16,431 nt of DNA, from positions 83,074,759-83,091,189 of the forward strand of contig JANKJI020000004.1 in NCBI GenBank assembly GCA_024626585.2, in the 5' to 3' direction. Each line of letters starts with the position of its first letter. Positions within the stretch are counted from its first letter, which is position 1. Below the pieces are notes generated by a model that had not been told where the DNA came from, did not search any database, and saw only the letters and a list, made by a program, of their open reading frames with translations. The position numbers and the translations under genes are program-made. Origin of the DNA: Ginkgo biloba (Eukaryota > Plantae > Ginkgophyta). Of this stretch, positions 1-10,855 are shown piece after piece.

Positions 1-2110
1 CCACTAATAAGGTTAATCAATCCTTCCATTTAGTTGGTATATGAAGCCAAACCAAGTTCTTTGGTACCCTACATGTTTAGAGTACAAGAAATGATGGCAT
101 TGAGGTTCTAATTATAAGAACTTTGGATAAGGGGTCCATCAAACTATGTGTTTCCCCTTGGGAAGCCCCTAATTTATCTATCAAAATAAGTATGGGTCAA
201 GTGCTCATGCATAGACTATTGAGAACTTATCAAGATGATCATCAAGAAAAATTCTCACTTGCCAAGGATTCATGAATTTTTTGATCACTTATAATATGCA
301 AATGTCTTCTCAAGGATAAATCCTATATTTGATTATAAAAAAAATTGAATTAAGGAAGAATACATCTCTAAAATAATTTTTGAAACTTGTTATAGACAAA
401 ATAAAATGTTAGCAATGCCTTTGGGGAAAACTAATGCAACCTCCACTTTCATGACCCTACTGAATAGTATGTGTAGGTTATTGATCTTCTTGGAGAATGT
501 CTTGGTCGATTCCAAAATTGAATAAGAACATGAAGGACATTTAAGGGTTGCCTTAAGAAACTTAAGAGAGAAGAAGTTTACAAAACTAAGAAAATGTGAT
601 TTCTTTAGAAGGGAAATCCACTATCTTGTCCATAAAGTTCCCTCTAAGGGGATTTACAAGGATTTCACTTAGATAAAGGCCATAGTTAATTGGCTTCGCC
701 CTAAAAATACAAGTAAAGTCAAATATTCCTTGGGCAANNNNNNNNNNNNNNNNNNNNNNNNNNNNNNNGTTTAATCAAAAAGAAATAAGGAAAATTTCAA
801 GAAGTTACAAGAAAATTAAAAACGTAATGAAGGAACTCTCTAATCCATTATTTGGAAATATAAATAATTATTCAAACTCATAAGGATTGGACTCTACCCT
901 TTGCCAGCGCATCTAGGTTGAGAGTAGGTCATTATAGCCTTAAGTATATTCACACAACTCAATGTTTGAGAAAGGCAATGGATTGAACTCTTGTGTAAAG
1001 TTGACTTTCGCATTATTTATATTTAAGGAAAACAACATAAAGTAGTTGATGATTTCACTTATCTTCTATAATGGCTTGTAGTAAGACATCAAGAGTTAGA
1101 AGAAAGAAGAGTTAGGATTTGGTGAACTCTACTTTGAAACAGAGAAAGCTTCAAAAGAATGGATAGAAGTGAACCTCAAAGCTAAAGGACATAATATATT
1201 ATGTCCTCACAAAAAATGGGGTGCTCATGTTAGGAAAATGATGTATATATCTAGCATGGTTGAACTAAGGAAGAAAATAATCTTAGAGGTTCATGATAAT
1301 CCAAGAGGATGACTTCTAAAAAACTAAGTAAACTTTTCTTTTTGTCTAGTATGAATAAGGATGTAGCTAAGTATGTAACACAATGCCTAGTTTGTCAAAG
1401 GGTTAAGGTTGAACATTAACATCCAGGGGATTACTAAATCACTTTATAGTTCCTTCTTCAAAAAGGGAAGATTTTTTCATGGACTTCATTATAAGAACGA
1501 TTTGGTCTAACAAAATACATAAGTCTACTAGATTTGNNNNNNNNNNCATTTAAGCCATGTTGTCCACTTCATAATAGTCCAAAATACACTCACATTTGAG
1601 AAAGCAACTAAGTTATTCATGAAGTGGTTTGGCTATATAATTTTTCAAAGACCATTGTTTAAATCATGATCAAAAGTTTGCATATAAAAAGTGCAAAATG
1701 CTTTTTACCATTGATACCAAATTCAAATTCAAACTCAACATAACCTATCATCCATAAAGTAATTATAAAAAGAGAAAGGGTTAACCAATTCCTAGAGGAC
1801 ATGTTAATAATGTACTATATGAATATTTCACCACTTGGAAAGTTTGCTCATTATAGTATAATAATTTCTATTCATCCATCAATATAATTCCTCTTATANN
1901 NNNNNNNNNNTCATGATTATAGGAATCCTTTGAGTTGGGAGAGAAAAGACAATCTAGTGGTTTTAGGACCTCATCTCTTGATTGAAATGGAAGAATAAAT
2001 GAGATTGAAAACATCTTAAAGCTACTCAAGATTAATGAAGAGTTGAATCAATAACAATTGTAGAAAGTTTCAAATAAGAGTGTTCATCTAAGAATGCAAT
2101 AACAAATTAG
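1..2110 (+). mobile_element. Degenerate Ty3/Gypsy LTR-retrotransposon pol (RT, partial RNase H, integrase), Tekay/Del-like; truncated by window start
   Basis: Manual translation across frameshifts and stops. RT: DKGSIKLCVSPWEAP, then CIDY*ELIKMIIKKNSHLPRIHEFFDHL from 208, MPLGKTNATSTFM, decayed catalytic FIDD reading FLEN (487-498), KLRKCDF, IKAIVNWLRPKN. RNase H end: RQWIELLCKVDFRIIYI*GKQHKVVD (~973-1050). Integrase: zinc finger LEVHDNP...VTQCLVCQRVKVEH (to 1416), core MDFI (1479-1490), YHP* and ERVNQFLEDM (1774-1803), then RNPLSW...VLGP...LKATQD. RT-RH-INT order is Gypsy, not Copia. Confidence 0.93.
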
Positions 2111-3869
2111 CAATTTGTTGCTTGGAATAAGTTGACTATGAAGTTTTTTTCAACNNNNNNNNNNNNNNNNNNNNNNNNNNNNNNNNNNNNNNNNNNNNNN
2201 NNNNNNNNNNNNNNNNNNNNNNNNNNNNNNNNNNNNNNNNNNNNNNNNNNNNNNCCTTTTTTTGTTTTTGTTTTGCTGAGATGATTGTGCAACTTCTCTT
2301 GAGGCATCCTTATGAGGTATATTAATGTCTCACACTGATTTTACTTGCAGATCTTACTTGCGCTGCTCCAATAAAGAGATATTGTAAATGGACAAAAGAG
2401 CTTTAGAATGGAAGGACTAAGCATTTACGATTGGTATTCTACCTAATTTGTATTGGTCTGATTGGTTGTTGGATGTTGCCTTCAGGGTATTATGAGAAGG
2501 TAAGTGTAATTTATAAATGGTTTTATTCTTCCTAAACTAAACTAAGTATTTAGGAAGTTAGACAAAACATAAGATTCAAACTCTTGAGCAACGTTATAAA
2601 TTAATTTGAATCCATATAATTGGGTAAAGTAATATTTGTGTCATTTTGCTAACATTATTTTCTATTTTTCTTCTTTGTGAAATTAACAAATCATGGATTG
2701 AATTTTTTTTGTGAGATTAACATGCGATGTTGAATTATCAATGAATCTATGATTTTTAAGAACATCATTTTAAGAATTCAATCAATATTTTTACAACCTA
2801 CACATAAAATCTAATGTTCTAAACAACGCGATGTAAATGAGTAGGTTCTATTGTAGAAATTTGGCATATATGGACAATGTGTACGACTCTGATTTAATAG
2901 GGGCATATAAAATTAGATGAAGAATGACAATGGGAGAAATAATATGTTTGACTTAAAAGTATAATCAATGGTGGCGATTATTTGCCACCTCGAAAGAACT
3001 AATAACAACTTTACACAATAACTATGTATGTCTGCAAAAACTTCTTTGAACTTTTCCAATTGCATACTCAAGAGGATCCATCGAGGAAACGTAACATAAG
3101 GTATTTTGGAACTCTACTTTTAGGGTCAACATGGACACATGCGTTCCTCTAGAAGGTATCTCCACCTAGCAATTATGGGGACTACCTCCACTAAAACGGG
3201 ATTGGCAAAAACCTTGGAAGACAATCTTTGTTGGTAGATCAATGCGAATGGACCCCCATGCCCTTCTAGAGATGCAGAATATGTGGATTGTGGAACTATT
3301 TTGAACACGAAATGCACGTGCGTTACGAGGTGGAAGTTTACATGAAATTCAAACATTTGTGTCAGTCGCAGACAAACGTGTGGAAAAAAACCACGCGAAA
3401 TAGTTTATGCGTACAAAATGTATTTGCAGAGCCTGAGAAATTGTGCATATTCATAACAAGAAAAAGAACATAGAGAGTAAGAAATGAAGCCTTAACATTC
3501 CTGAGAATTCCCGCATGCCGTTATAGAAGCCTATGGTGTTTTTAAATATTGCATAATGACCTAAAATGATATAAAGTTTCTTTTGATATTGTATAGTTTG
3601 TTATAGTAAACTATACAAGATTGTACATCTCATACCAAATGTATTAGGAAACATGCTTTAAGGAGCATTCAATCTACGGAATAATCCATTAGGGAGTCCA
3701 TACCTATGTTAGTTGGTGAATAAAGCATAAGCATCATGGATCTTTAATAAATTGAAGTGATTTGAATCTATACAAATATAAGGAGAACTTAAGAAAGGGT
3801 CATAAAAGCCATCATCATAAGTTACAAATTTTTAAATCATAAGAAAACACATTTGATGGCCATTCTGAT

Positions 3870-4676
3870 AAGATGTCGTTGGACGAGGGAATCAACGAAT
3901 GTTGGAGTTGGCTCAAATCAAATCGACACCGACGGGAGTCTTGACACCGACGCATGTCAAGGTTGTCTCAAACTGACACCAATAAAAGTCTTTCCACCAA
4001 CGGATGTTGGGGTTGTATCGATCGACGCCGACATGAGTGCATTCACTGACATCATTAAGAGTTGGTTCAAACCAACATCAACATGAGTCCATTCATCGAT
4101 TTCATCGGGGGTCCACCAACACCAACGAAGATTTCGCTGATAGAGCCCCCGACAATGTCTGTGTATTGTAATCTTAGCGACAGTTAGCATAACCGTTAGC
4201 GCCATGTATAAATAGCAGTTGTCTGATAGGATAGATAGTTATTGATTCTAGAGGATGATGAGTTATGATGTATTTTAATCTATGTCTTGTACTGTGTAAG
4301 TAACCTATGTACTCGAATCTCTCTCATAATACAAGGATTGGATGGTTTTCCCTCATATTTGTGTATGGTATTTTATGTGGATGAAAGGAATGTGAATGAA
4401 ATCATCTAGAANNNNNNNNNNNNNNNNNNNGAGTATAAGATAATGCTATATCTCCGTTAGGAAACCAATGCTTAAGAGATGTTATCTCTATGCTTGTGAA
4501 TTATTAATATAAATTTAGAAAAGTATGCTTAGAAGTCTATGGATAAGTGTTTTGTCACACATATGTATATGGAGTGATTCCTCCATCTTGCTTAAGAAAT
4601 ATGAAGAGAATGTGCATGAAAAATATGAGTATTAAGGAGGCACTCCAATTGCTTAAGCAATTTGAAGAAGATATTC
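3870..4676 (+). mobile_element. LTR-like segment (probable solo or fragmentary retrotransposon LTR); boundaries approximate
   Basis: CpG-rich block of repeated CGACACCGAC-type motifs (3922-4154), then TATAAATA (4207-4214), then T/G-rich R/U5-like sequence with GGTTTTCCC (~4344). A second short direct repeat (ctcc..ttgcttaag.aat.tgaaga) sits at ~4581 and ~4643. No clean TG...CA ends or TSD identified. Confidence 0.5.
4207..4214 (+). promoter_or_regulatory. TATA box of the LTR-like segment
   Basis: Exact TATAAATA directly downstream of the CCGAC repeat block. Confidence 0.4.
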
Positions 4677-5170
4677 NNNNNNNNNNNNNNNNNTATTTTT
4701 TTGAGAGAAGATGATAGCAAAAACTATAGAATTAAGAATGTTTAAGGAAAATGATGACTTAGATAATCATCCACTCTTAGGCAAAGTAAAGCGCATCAAA
4801 TTGAAAGGTTGATTTAATATAGTAAAGAAATGGCCAATATACGTATAGTATTAACATGATTAACTAAAGAAAGACTGGCAAACCAAAGTTTGTTTCTAAT
4901 GAAGCAAAGACAATACCAACAAATGAAATAAAATTTGGTTGAGGCTAAGGCATTTTAGTCCAAAAACATGTTATGGAGTGAGGAAAATCTAAGATGAACA
5001 ACAACTAAAAAGCAAGGTTCTTGTTCCCAAACAAGGAAGCNNNNNNNNNNNNNNNNNNNNNNNNNNNNNNNNNNNNNNNNNNNNNNNNNNNNNNNNNNNN
5101 NNNNNNNNNNNNNNNNNNNNNNNNNNNNNNNNNNNNNNNNNNNNNNNNNNNNNNNNNNNNNNNNNNNNAT

Positions 5171-6394
5171 TTTAAGATTTTATCTAAGAATGCTAAAGGA
5201 ATAAATGACATATGAGTTTATAAATATAGTGAAATCAAGCCTATTCGGGAAAAAAAAGAAAATGGAATAGTGATTTGCATAACATCCAAGAATGTAAACT
5301 CAACAAGGAAACGATTAGTTATATTGACAAGTAAATCTGCAAGTATTTATTTCCTTATGAAACTGACAAAAAAATAAGCATTATAGGGTCAATAATGACA
5401 TATGTCATTAGGCCCTCATGGAATTCTAGGTGCAATTGGATAAAGGGATTTTAGTGGTGATTTATGCACTCAATCAAGTCAAGGAAAGAAATGGCTAACC
5501 ATTTACAAGAGATACAACTATGGAAAGTGGCATAGGTTTTATTTAAGGGATTAATGATAAATGTAACAAGAGAAAATTGAAGCTCCTTAACTACAACAAT
5601 TCAATCATTTGAAAGAAGTAGTTGAAATGAGCCTAGTACAACAAACAAATATGGGAATTGAGTAGTCTATAAAAGTATTAATGGAGTATACTTTGTCATT
5701 CATTAGGAGATAAGTGCATTGTGCTATCTAAAAGAATATGCCCACAGTTGCAATTCTAACTAGGATGTTGTGAAGTTAGACATCTTAATGAAGCAAAACA
5801 TAGGTCAAAAAAAGAAATGCTTTTCAAATTTAGTTGTTCATTTATTGAAAGTGATGATTCACTTGACAAACTCAAGGAATAACCAGCATTTTTGTCCCAA
5901 TTATTTAGTGAAATGATATTACCATTACCCAATGATGAAATTCATCAAAAAACATGAATTAAATTAAGGGTTCAGATAAAAGAGAACAAAGAAACCTAGG
6001 GAAAGATAGGAACATAATAGAATAGGAACTAAAACATTAGTGGGCCAAATTAGTATATTATCAAGGAAAAAAGTAAAGTTATGATTGAGAACACCAACCA
6101 AATTCCATTTTTAACTTAAACAAAAATAATAAAATGTCATTTGAATGCTAGATTGAAATGGAATACATACAAAGATAGAAACACAAACTATTATCAAATG
6201 ATAATTAGGTCATACAATCAATATATAGGGATGTCCTTCACAGAAAAATAATACTCTTAAATGTTATAACAAGATCAATAACGAGGTTTGAAGATATTTA
6301 AGAAAAGTACTACAGGCAATACAAACCAGCAAATATGTGGCAAAGGTGAAATGTGTATGGAGATAAGAGGCTATTACGAACCTAATTAAAGAAA
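5171..6394 (+). mobile_element. Degenerate L1-type LINE ORF2 5' part (APE endonuclease plus linker before RT)
   Basis: Colinear decayed motifs: FKILSKNAKGIND (5171; consensus KILSWNVRGLN), IQECKL (5284-5301; LQETK), VVIYALN (5454-5474; NIYAPN), SN*DVVKLDI (~5755; SDHxPV), FKFSCSFIE (~5823), ARLKWNTYKDRNTNYYQ (6147-6197; SRxKWLKEGDRNTKFFH). Many stops and frameshifts; bounded by N gaps on both sides. Confidence 0.82.
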
Positions 6395-6947
6395 NNNNNN
6401 NNNNNNNNNNNNNNNNNNNNNNNNNNNNNNNNNNNNNNNNNNNNNNNNNNNNNNNNNNNNNNNNNNNNNNNNNNNNNNNNNNNNNNNNNNNNNNCCTACA
6501 ATATCTCACATTTTTAGTATTCTTGCCCTAGGGGATCTCAATTTCATTCTAGAAAGGTTTGGGACCTTGGGTTACAAATTGGTGGAATGGTCAGTCAAAA
6601 AAAGAAAATCTTATCTTCAAGAGGAAAATGCCCTACAAAGAATATTAAAACAGCATGAAGAGAAGGTGCAGCCTAGCAAGACTTATATGAAGAGATCTTT
6701 GCGAAAACAAGAGAGGAGAAAGTGAACAACCAAAGATCAAGGAGACAATAGGGCATTTTTCTCTCCTACAAATATAATGTAAATGAATGAGCAAGGCATG
6801 TTTGTTTTCGTCTATTGTCTATTCTTTCTTAAATTGAAGTTAGAGCATTTTATTGCTAAAGAATTAGTGTTGTGTAGAAGAATTGTATACGTAGTCATAG
6901 TTGCTTATTCATGTTAGTACTTATTGTAATTATACTACACTCAACGA

Positions 6948-7690
6948 TTTGTCCAAAGAAGGACATGGCATTCATGATTATGGTCAAAGATAGACAATTA
7001 TTCTTTGGTAGTAATTGATTTGGATCATTGATCTTGGGTCTTTGGTGGCATGGTGGGATCCTCTTTGGTTGAAAGCATTTGCTTTTGCAATAAGATCTCC
7101 TAGATGCCTACTCTTGAACTGGATTTGTTTTGTCCGCCCAACTTGTTGGCGTTGAAGGTGATTGAAGCTGTAATTATTATCGAGTATATTTTAATAGCCC
7201 AGAGTTATTGCCAAGGGCATTCTAACCATTGCCTTGGTTATAGTTAAATGCATTTTAGTAGCCATTGATGTTATTGTTGTTGTTACTGAAGTTAAACTTG
7301 GTAAGGCCCCTAGTTACCATTATTTCCATTGGGTTGGCATTGACTGAGGTTATTGTTGTTATTATTCACTAGCGAATTCTAATGGGAGTTTGGAAATGCA
7401 TGAGGTTTATTCTTTGCCATTGTGGTGATATAATAGGTTCTTCCTCATGGTATACGATATTTGTGATGCCTGTGTGGTAGCTAATGACTCTTGGCTAGAT
7501 ACTAGTGATTTTGTCAGGTTGGGCTACTAGTAATTTCTTCGATTATGACACTAGAACTATCTTCTGGTTGAAAAGTTGTGTATAACTTCTTCACTTTAGC
7601 TATATGGATCTTGAAAACCATGGGGTCTTTGTATGTCTTGTAGATGAGGTTGAGGTTTTGCCAGGTCTCTTCCACAATCCTTACTCTAGA
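6948..7690 (-). mobile_element. Degenerate Asn/Gln-rich coding remnant ending in a probable gag zinc knuckle (retrotransposon gag-like)
   Basis: Minus strand reads NNNNNNLSQCQPNGNNGN*GPY / KFNFSNNNNNINGY*NAFNYNQGNG*NALGNNS / GY*NILDNNYSFNHLQRQQ, with stops where CAA/CAG Gln codons are expected. It ends with frameshifted PKNNC..SIFDHNHE..CPSLDK (6948-7008), resembling C-x2-C-x3/4-H-x4-CP. Confidence 0.45.
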
Positions 7691-8479
7691 AGTAAATACT
7701 ATGAAACAAATACAAGTACTATCTTAAAGGTGTCTCTTCAAATAAAGAACCTCCAATATTAGTAATAGATTATGTGTTTGGTTAGATGATACAAAACGCA
7801 TCTAGAAAAGATCATATATATGTCAAAAGATGCGAGTAATAAATGGTTTTCAAAGGATTATCTAGTTCTTTGAAAAGAAAATCAAGCAAACTACACAAGG
7901 CCATGAAACACATGAACGCATGCCTTCAATAGGGTGGCTTGGTAGAAAGAATAACTTCACCTATGGTTTGGTTTAAAGAGTTTTAACAATTCAACAATAT
8001 GGATTTTAATTTTATAAGTCTTATATATTTGATATATACATCTACTCAAAATTTGTGAATATTTCATGAAACATCAATATAAAAGTCAACAATTTCACCC
8101 ATCCTCCATTTCTTGAATGTTATTTACATGGCCATTAGATGATGTCATTAGTTCAAAAATAGATGTGTGATTGTGTTGAGTGCATTTTACCCATCGCACT
8201 ACACTCAAGATCAAGACAAAGTTAATTGCAATTGGCTTGTTGAGTGGTGGCATTAGTCTATCTATTGCATCCTTATAGCCATTAACAACCATAAATGTTG
8301 GGGCCAATAGGACAACCTTACAACCATCATACCACAAGACATTCTATTAAGGAAGACTAAAGAATAACTATTAAATTTTAAGAGTTGATCACATTTGAGG
8401 CAAATCCATGAGAAAACATAAAGCTACCAAACTATAGGGTAAATTCTTGATCCCAAGGATTTAATAATGTTTCCAATGC

Positions 8480-8668
8480 CATGTGCATCCAACATGTATA
8501 ACATCTATCAAGCAAGCATTATACAAAATTCAACAAATATGCAGTATATATCTAGCATGGATAGTTGAAGTAACCAATGTATACATTATGACCAAGAAAA
8601 ACCAATGAATGACATGATGTGTCTAACATGTGTANNNNNNNNNNNNNNNNNNNNNNNNNNNNNNNNNN

Positions 8669-8702
<34 letters not shown>

Positions 8703-9287
8703 ATGTCTATATAATGAGTATCTACCAATGTAATACGCATTCAACAAATCCAATAACCATACAAGGAGGAACTAGTATCTGTGTATGTACAAGAACCAAC
8801 ATGTATTTGCATATATATAATGAATATCCAAGTGTGGACGATGTCCAACCAATGTGTATAAACATGTATAAACAGGGCATCTAACATGATTAACCAAGAA
8901 AACTAACCGATAGGGATCAATTAGGAAGCAGAGACATTTAGTTAGCTAAAGGATATGTGTAAAAGGTTGTGTCATTATCTCTAAAAGGTTGTGGCCCCAA
9001 ATTATAAGAAAGAAATAGATTATAAATAGGTGAGTGAATGAGAGAATATAAGTGTGATCGTGAGTGCAATTAGTAGTATTCAAATGTGCGAAGGTTTTTG
9101 TACTATGAATTGCTAATAGATAAAATACATAGTCTTTGCCCACATCATGCTTAATTACTTTAAGAACTAATGTGTAATGCACAAAATCTATTTGCTAGTA
9201 TATATTTGTGTCTCTCAATTTATAACCACACTTGCTAATTATGGACCTAGTCTTGGGAAACCTAGTGGGATTCACATCTAGCCAACA
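8480..9287 (+). mobile_element. LTR-like repeat, copy A (boundaries approximate)
   Basis: Colinear with 10856-11392. Shared blocks: TGTATGTACAA, GAACCAACATGTAT, AAAAGGTTGT (8961/11161), identical 18-mer TATAAATAGGTGAGTGAA (9021/11221), AATGTGTAATGCA (9169/11342). Internal CCAACATGTAT subrepeats. Possible 3' end ...GCCAACA at 9287. Confidence 0.65.
8669..8702. repeat. Compound microsatellite (CA)10(TA)7
   Basis: Read directly; abuts an N run, so it may be longer. Confidence 0.95.
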
Positions 9288-9289
9288 TT

Positions 9290-10130
9290 TAATAATGCCA
9301 AAAACCCCTGCCACCAATAGTACAAGCTCTAGTTTGTCAATTGGCTAAGTCTTCAAACTACCAATCATATGTACCAAGACTTAGAGACCTTGGCTATAGT
9401 AATTATGGGTTGTAATCAAACCCACCTCTAGCCAGGAGGTCCCTTGATGTTGTTGAGTTGTAAGCTAATTGCACACTCATTAGACGAACAAATAGGAAAT
9501 AGCCGAAATAAAAGGTAACCTTCCACCAAAGTTGAGCAATTAAAAAAGGACATGTAAANNNNNNNNNNNNNNNNNNNNNNNNNNNNNNNNNNNNNNNNNN
9601 NNNNNNNNNNNTGCTCACCTTTACACCAACCAGGATGAAACCTCAAACTAGAATCCAAACAAGGTTAACACAAATACCATTGAACAAGTCATGTTTGACA
9701 TACTAGCACCCAAAATAATGATTACAGATGAAACCTAACAAAGTTTAAACCTCAATGATAAGGCAAGAAGAGACCCCTTAAGTTTTTAGATCAATACAAA
9801 CACAAAGAAGACGTTTGCAACTTTAGATCTAGACAACACTCAATGTGGTGATAAAAGAAATCACCAAATTACCTAACTTGGAGGAGTTACAACTGCAACC
9901 CATAAGTCACAAATCCAAATAATGAGAAAAAAAAAACCTTTGTATCACAAGATCGTAAGCAATGCATACACATAACATAGGGCCCTCTATGTAGCCAAGA
10001 GGGCAATAACAAAGAATACTAATGGTAATAACAATGATAATAATAACTACACAAACAAAATGAGGGAGGTGGGTTCTCAACAACTACCTAGCGATTGTTG
10101 ACAATTTAAACAAGTCATTGTCCCACTTAA
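9290..10130 (-). mobile_element. Possible LTR-like fragment in opposite orientation, nested between copies A and B
   Basis: Strong A/C skew on +. On - a decayed TATA-like CTACATAGA lies within a 7-bp inverted repeat (GCCCTCT 9982-9988 / AGAGGGC 9998-10004), a layout seen in plant LTR promoters. No termini defined. Confidence 0.3.
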
Positions 10131-10339
10131 TCCACAATAGATACGAAGACCCCTTCAACCCTTAGCCCTATTCCTCAACAACATAATTCTTCACTATATT
10201 ACCAACGAAGAAGAAATTAAAGTTGTTTCTTCTAAACACTCCATGGTATTGTCCTCTCCTAATACCAATGTGTTCACAATAGATAATGGGCATAATCTAG
10301 TTGATGTTTTAAATCAATTCTAAATGTTACGATATCCTA

Positions 10340-10357
10340 TGTGTGTGTGTGTGTGTG
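10340..10357. repeat. (TG)9 microsatellite
   Basis: Read directly. Confidence 0.95.
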
Positions 10358-10731
10358 ACGAGACCATATAAGACTTTGATGGTCCATTGCAGGTGTTGGC
10401 CACCAAATTAGATGCATGCAATGATATGGCTCAATCTGCATCCTTGAATTTTATAGGGTGGTTGCTACCACTATATCAAGATAAAATCCAAGAACACCCA
10501 ATGGAAAATTATAAGTATAACACCTAGCCATGGCCTTCAAGAAACAGATAAGGGTTTGACCAATGTCACTATTTCTATCTAGGCTAGGAATATGATGATT
10601 ATTCTCCAAGCTACTACGGCCAACCAATAAGAAAAATCTTATAAGTAGATGAAAATATCAAGGTGTTGAATGACTATATTGAAAAGTTACACGNNNNNNN
10701 NNNNNNNNNNNNNNNNNNNNNNNNNNNNNNN

Positions 10732-10850
10732 TTTACAAGAGGATGTGTGTGTGCAAAAGAGGATCAAATGGAAAACACCCACAATGAGTGTGTCGATCAA
10801 CTCGAAGTGGTGTAGTATTTGTGAGATAAACACTACAATATTCAGGGCCA
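10732..10850 (+). mobile_element. Possible decayed gag zinc-knuckle remnant
   Basis: KWCSICEIN (WCSIC at 10808-10822) followed by HYN in a shifted frame; resembles W-C-x2-C-x4-H; final Cys missing. Confidence 0.3.
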
Positions 10851-10855
10851 CACAA

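Noticed and set aside
3377-3403. Hairpin CGTGTGG-A7-CCACGCG as a Helitron 3' end or terminator
   Set aside because: No correctly spaced CTRR-T end on either strand; bacterial-type terminators are irrelevant in this eukaryotic context.
3126-3473. ORFs 3126..3356 (-) and 3288..3473 (+)
   Set aside because: Short, overlapping, no motif or exon structure that I can support.
3922-4126. Repeated GACACCGAC motifs as a CRISPR-like array
   Set aside because: Repeats are short, degenerate and irregularly spaced, in a plant genome with no cas genes.
3853-4205. ORFs 3853..4086 (+) and 3957..4205 (-) as genes
   Set aside because: By-products of the GC-richer repeat block; no recognisable protein features.
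8095-8337. KVVLLAPT resembling PIF1/Helitron helicase motif Ia
   Set aside because: No upstream Walker A (GxxGTGKS) and no following GxAA...TIHS; a single short match.
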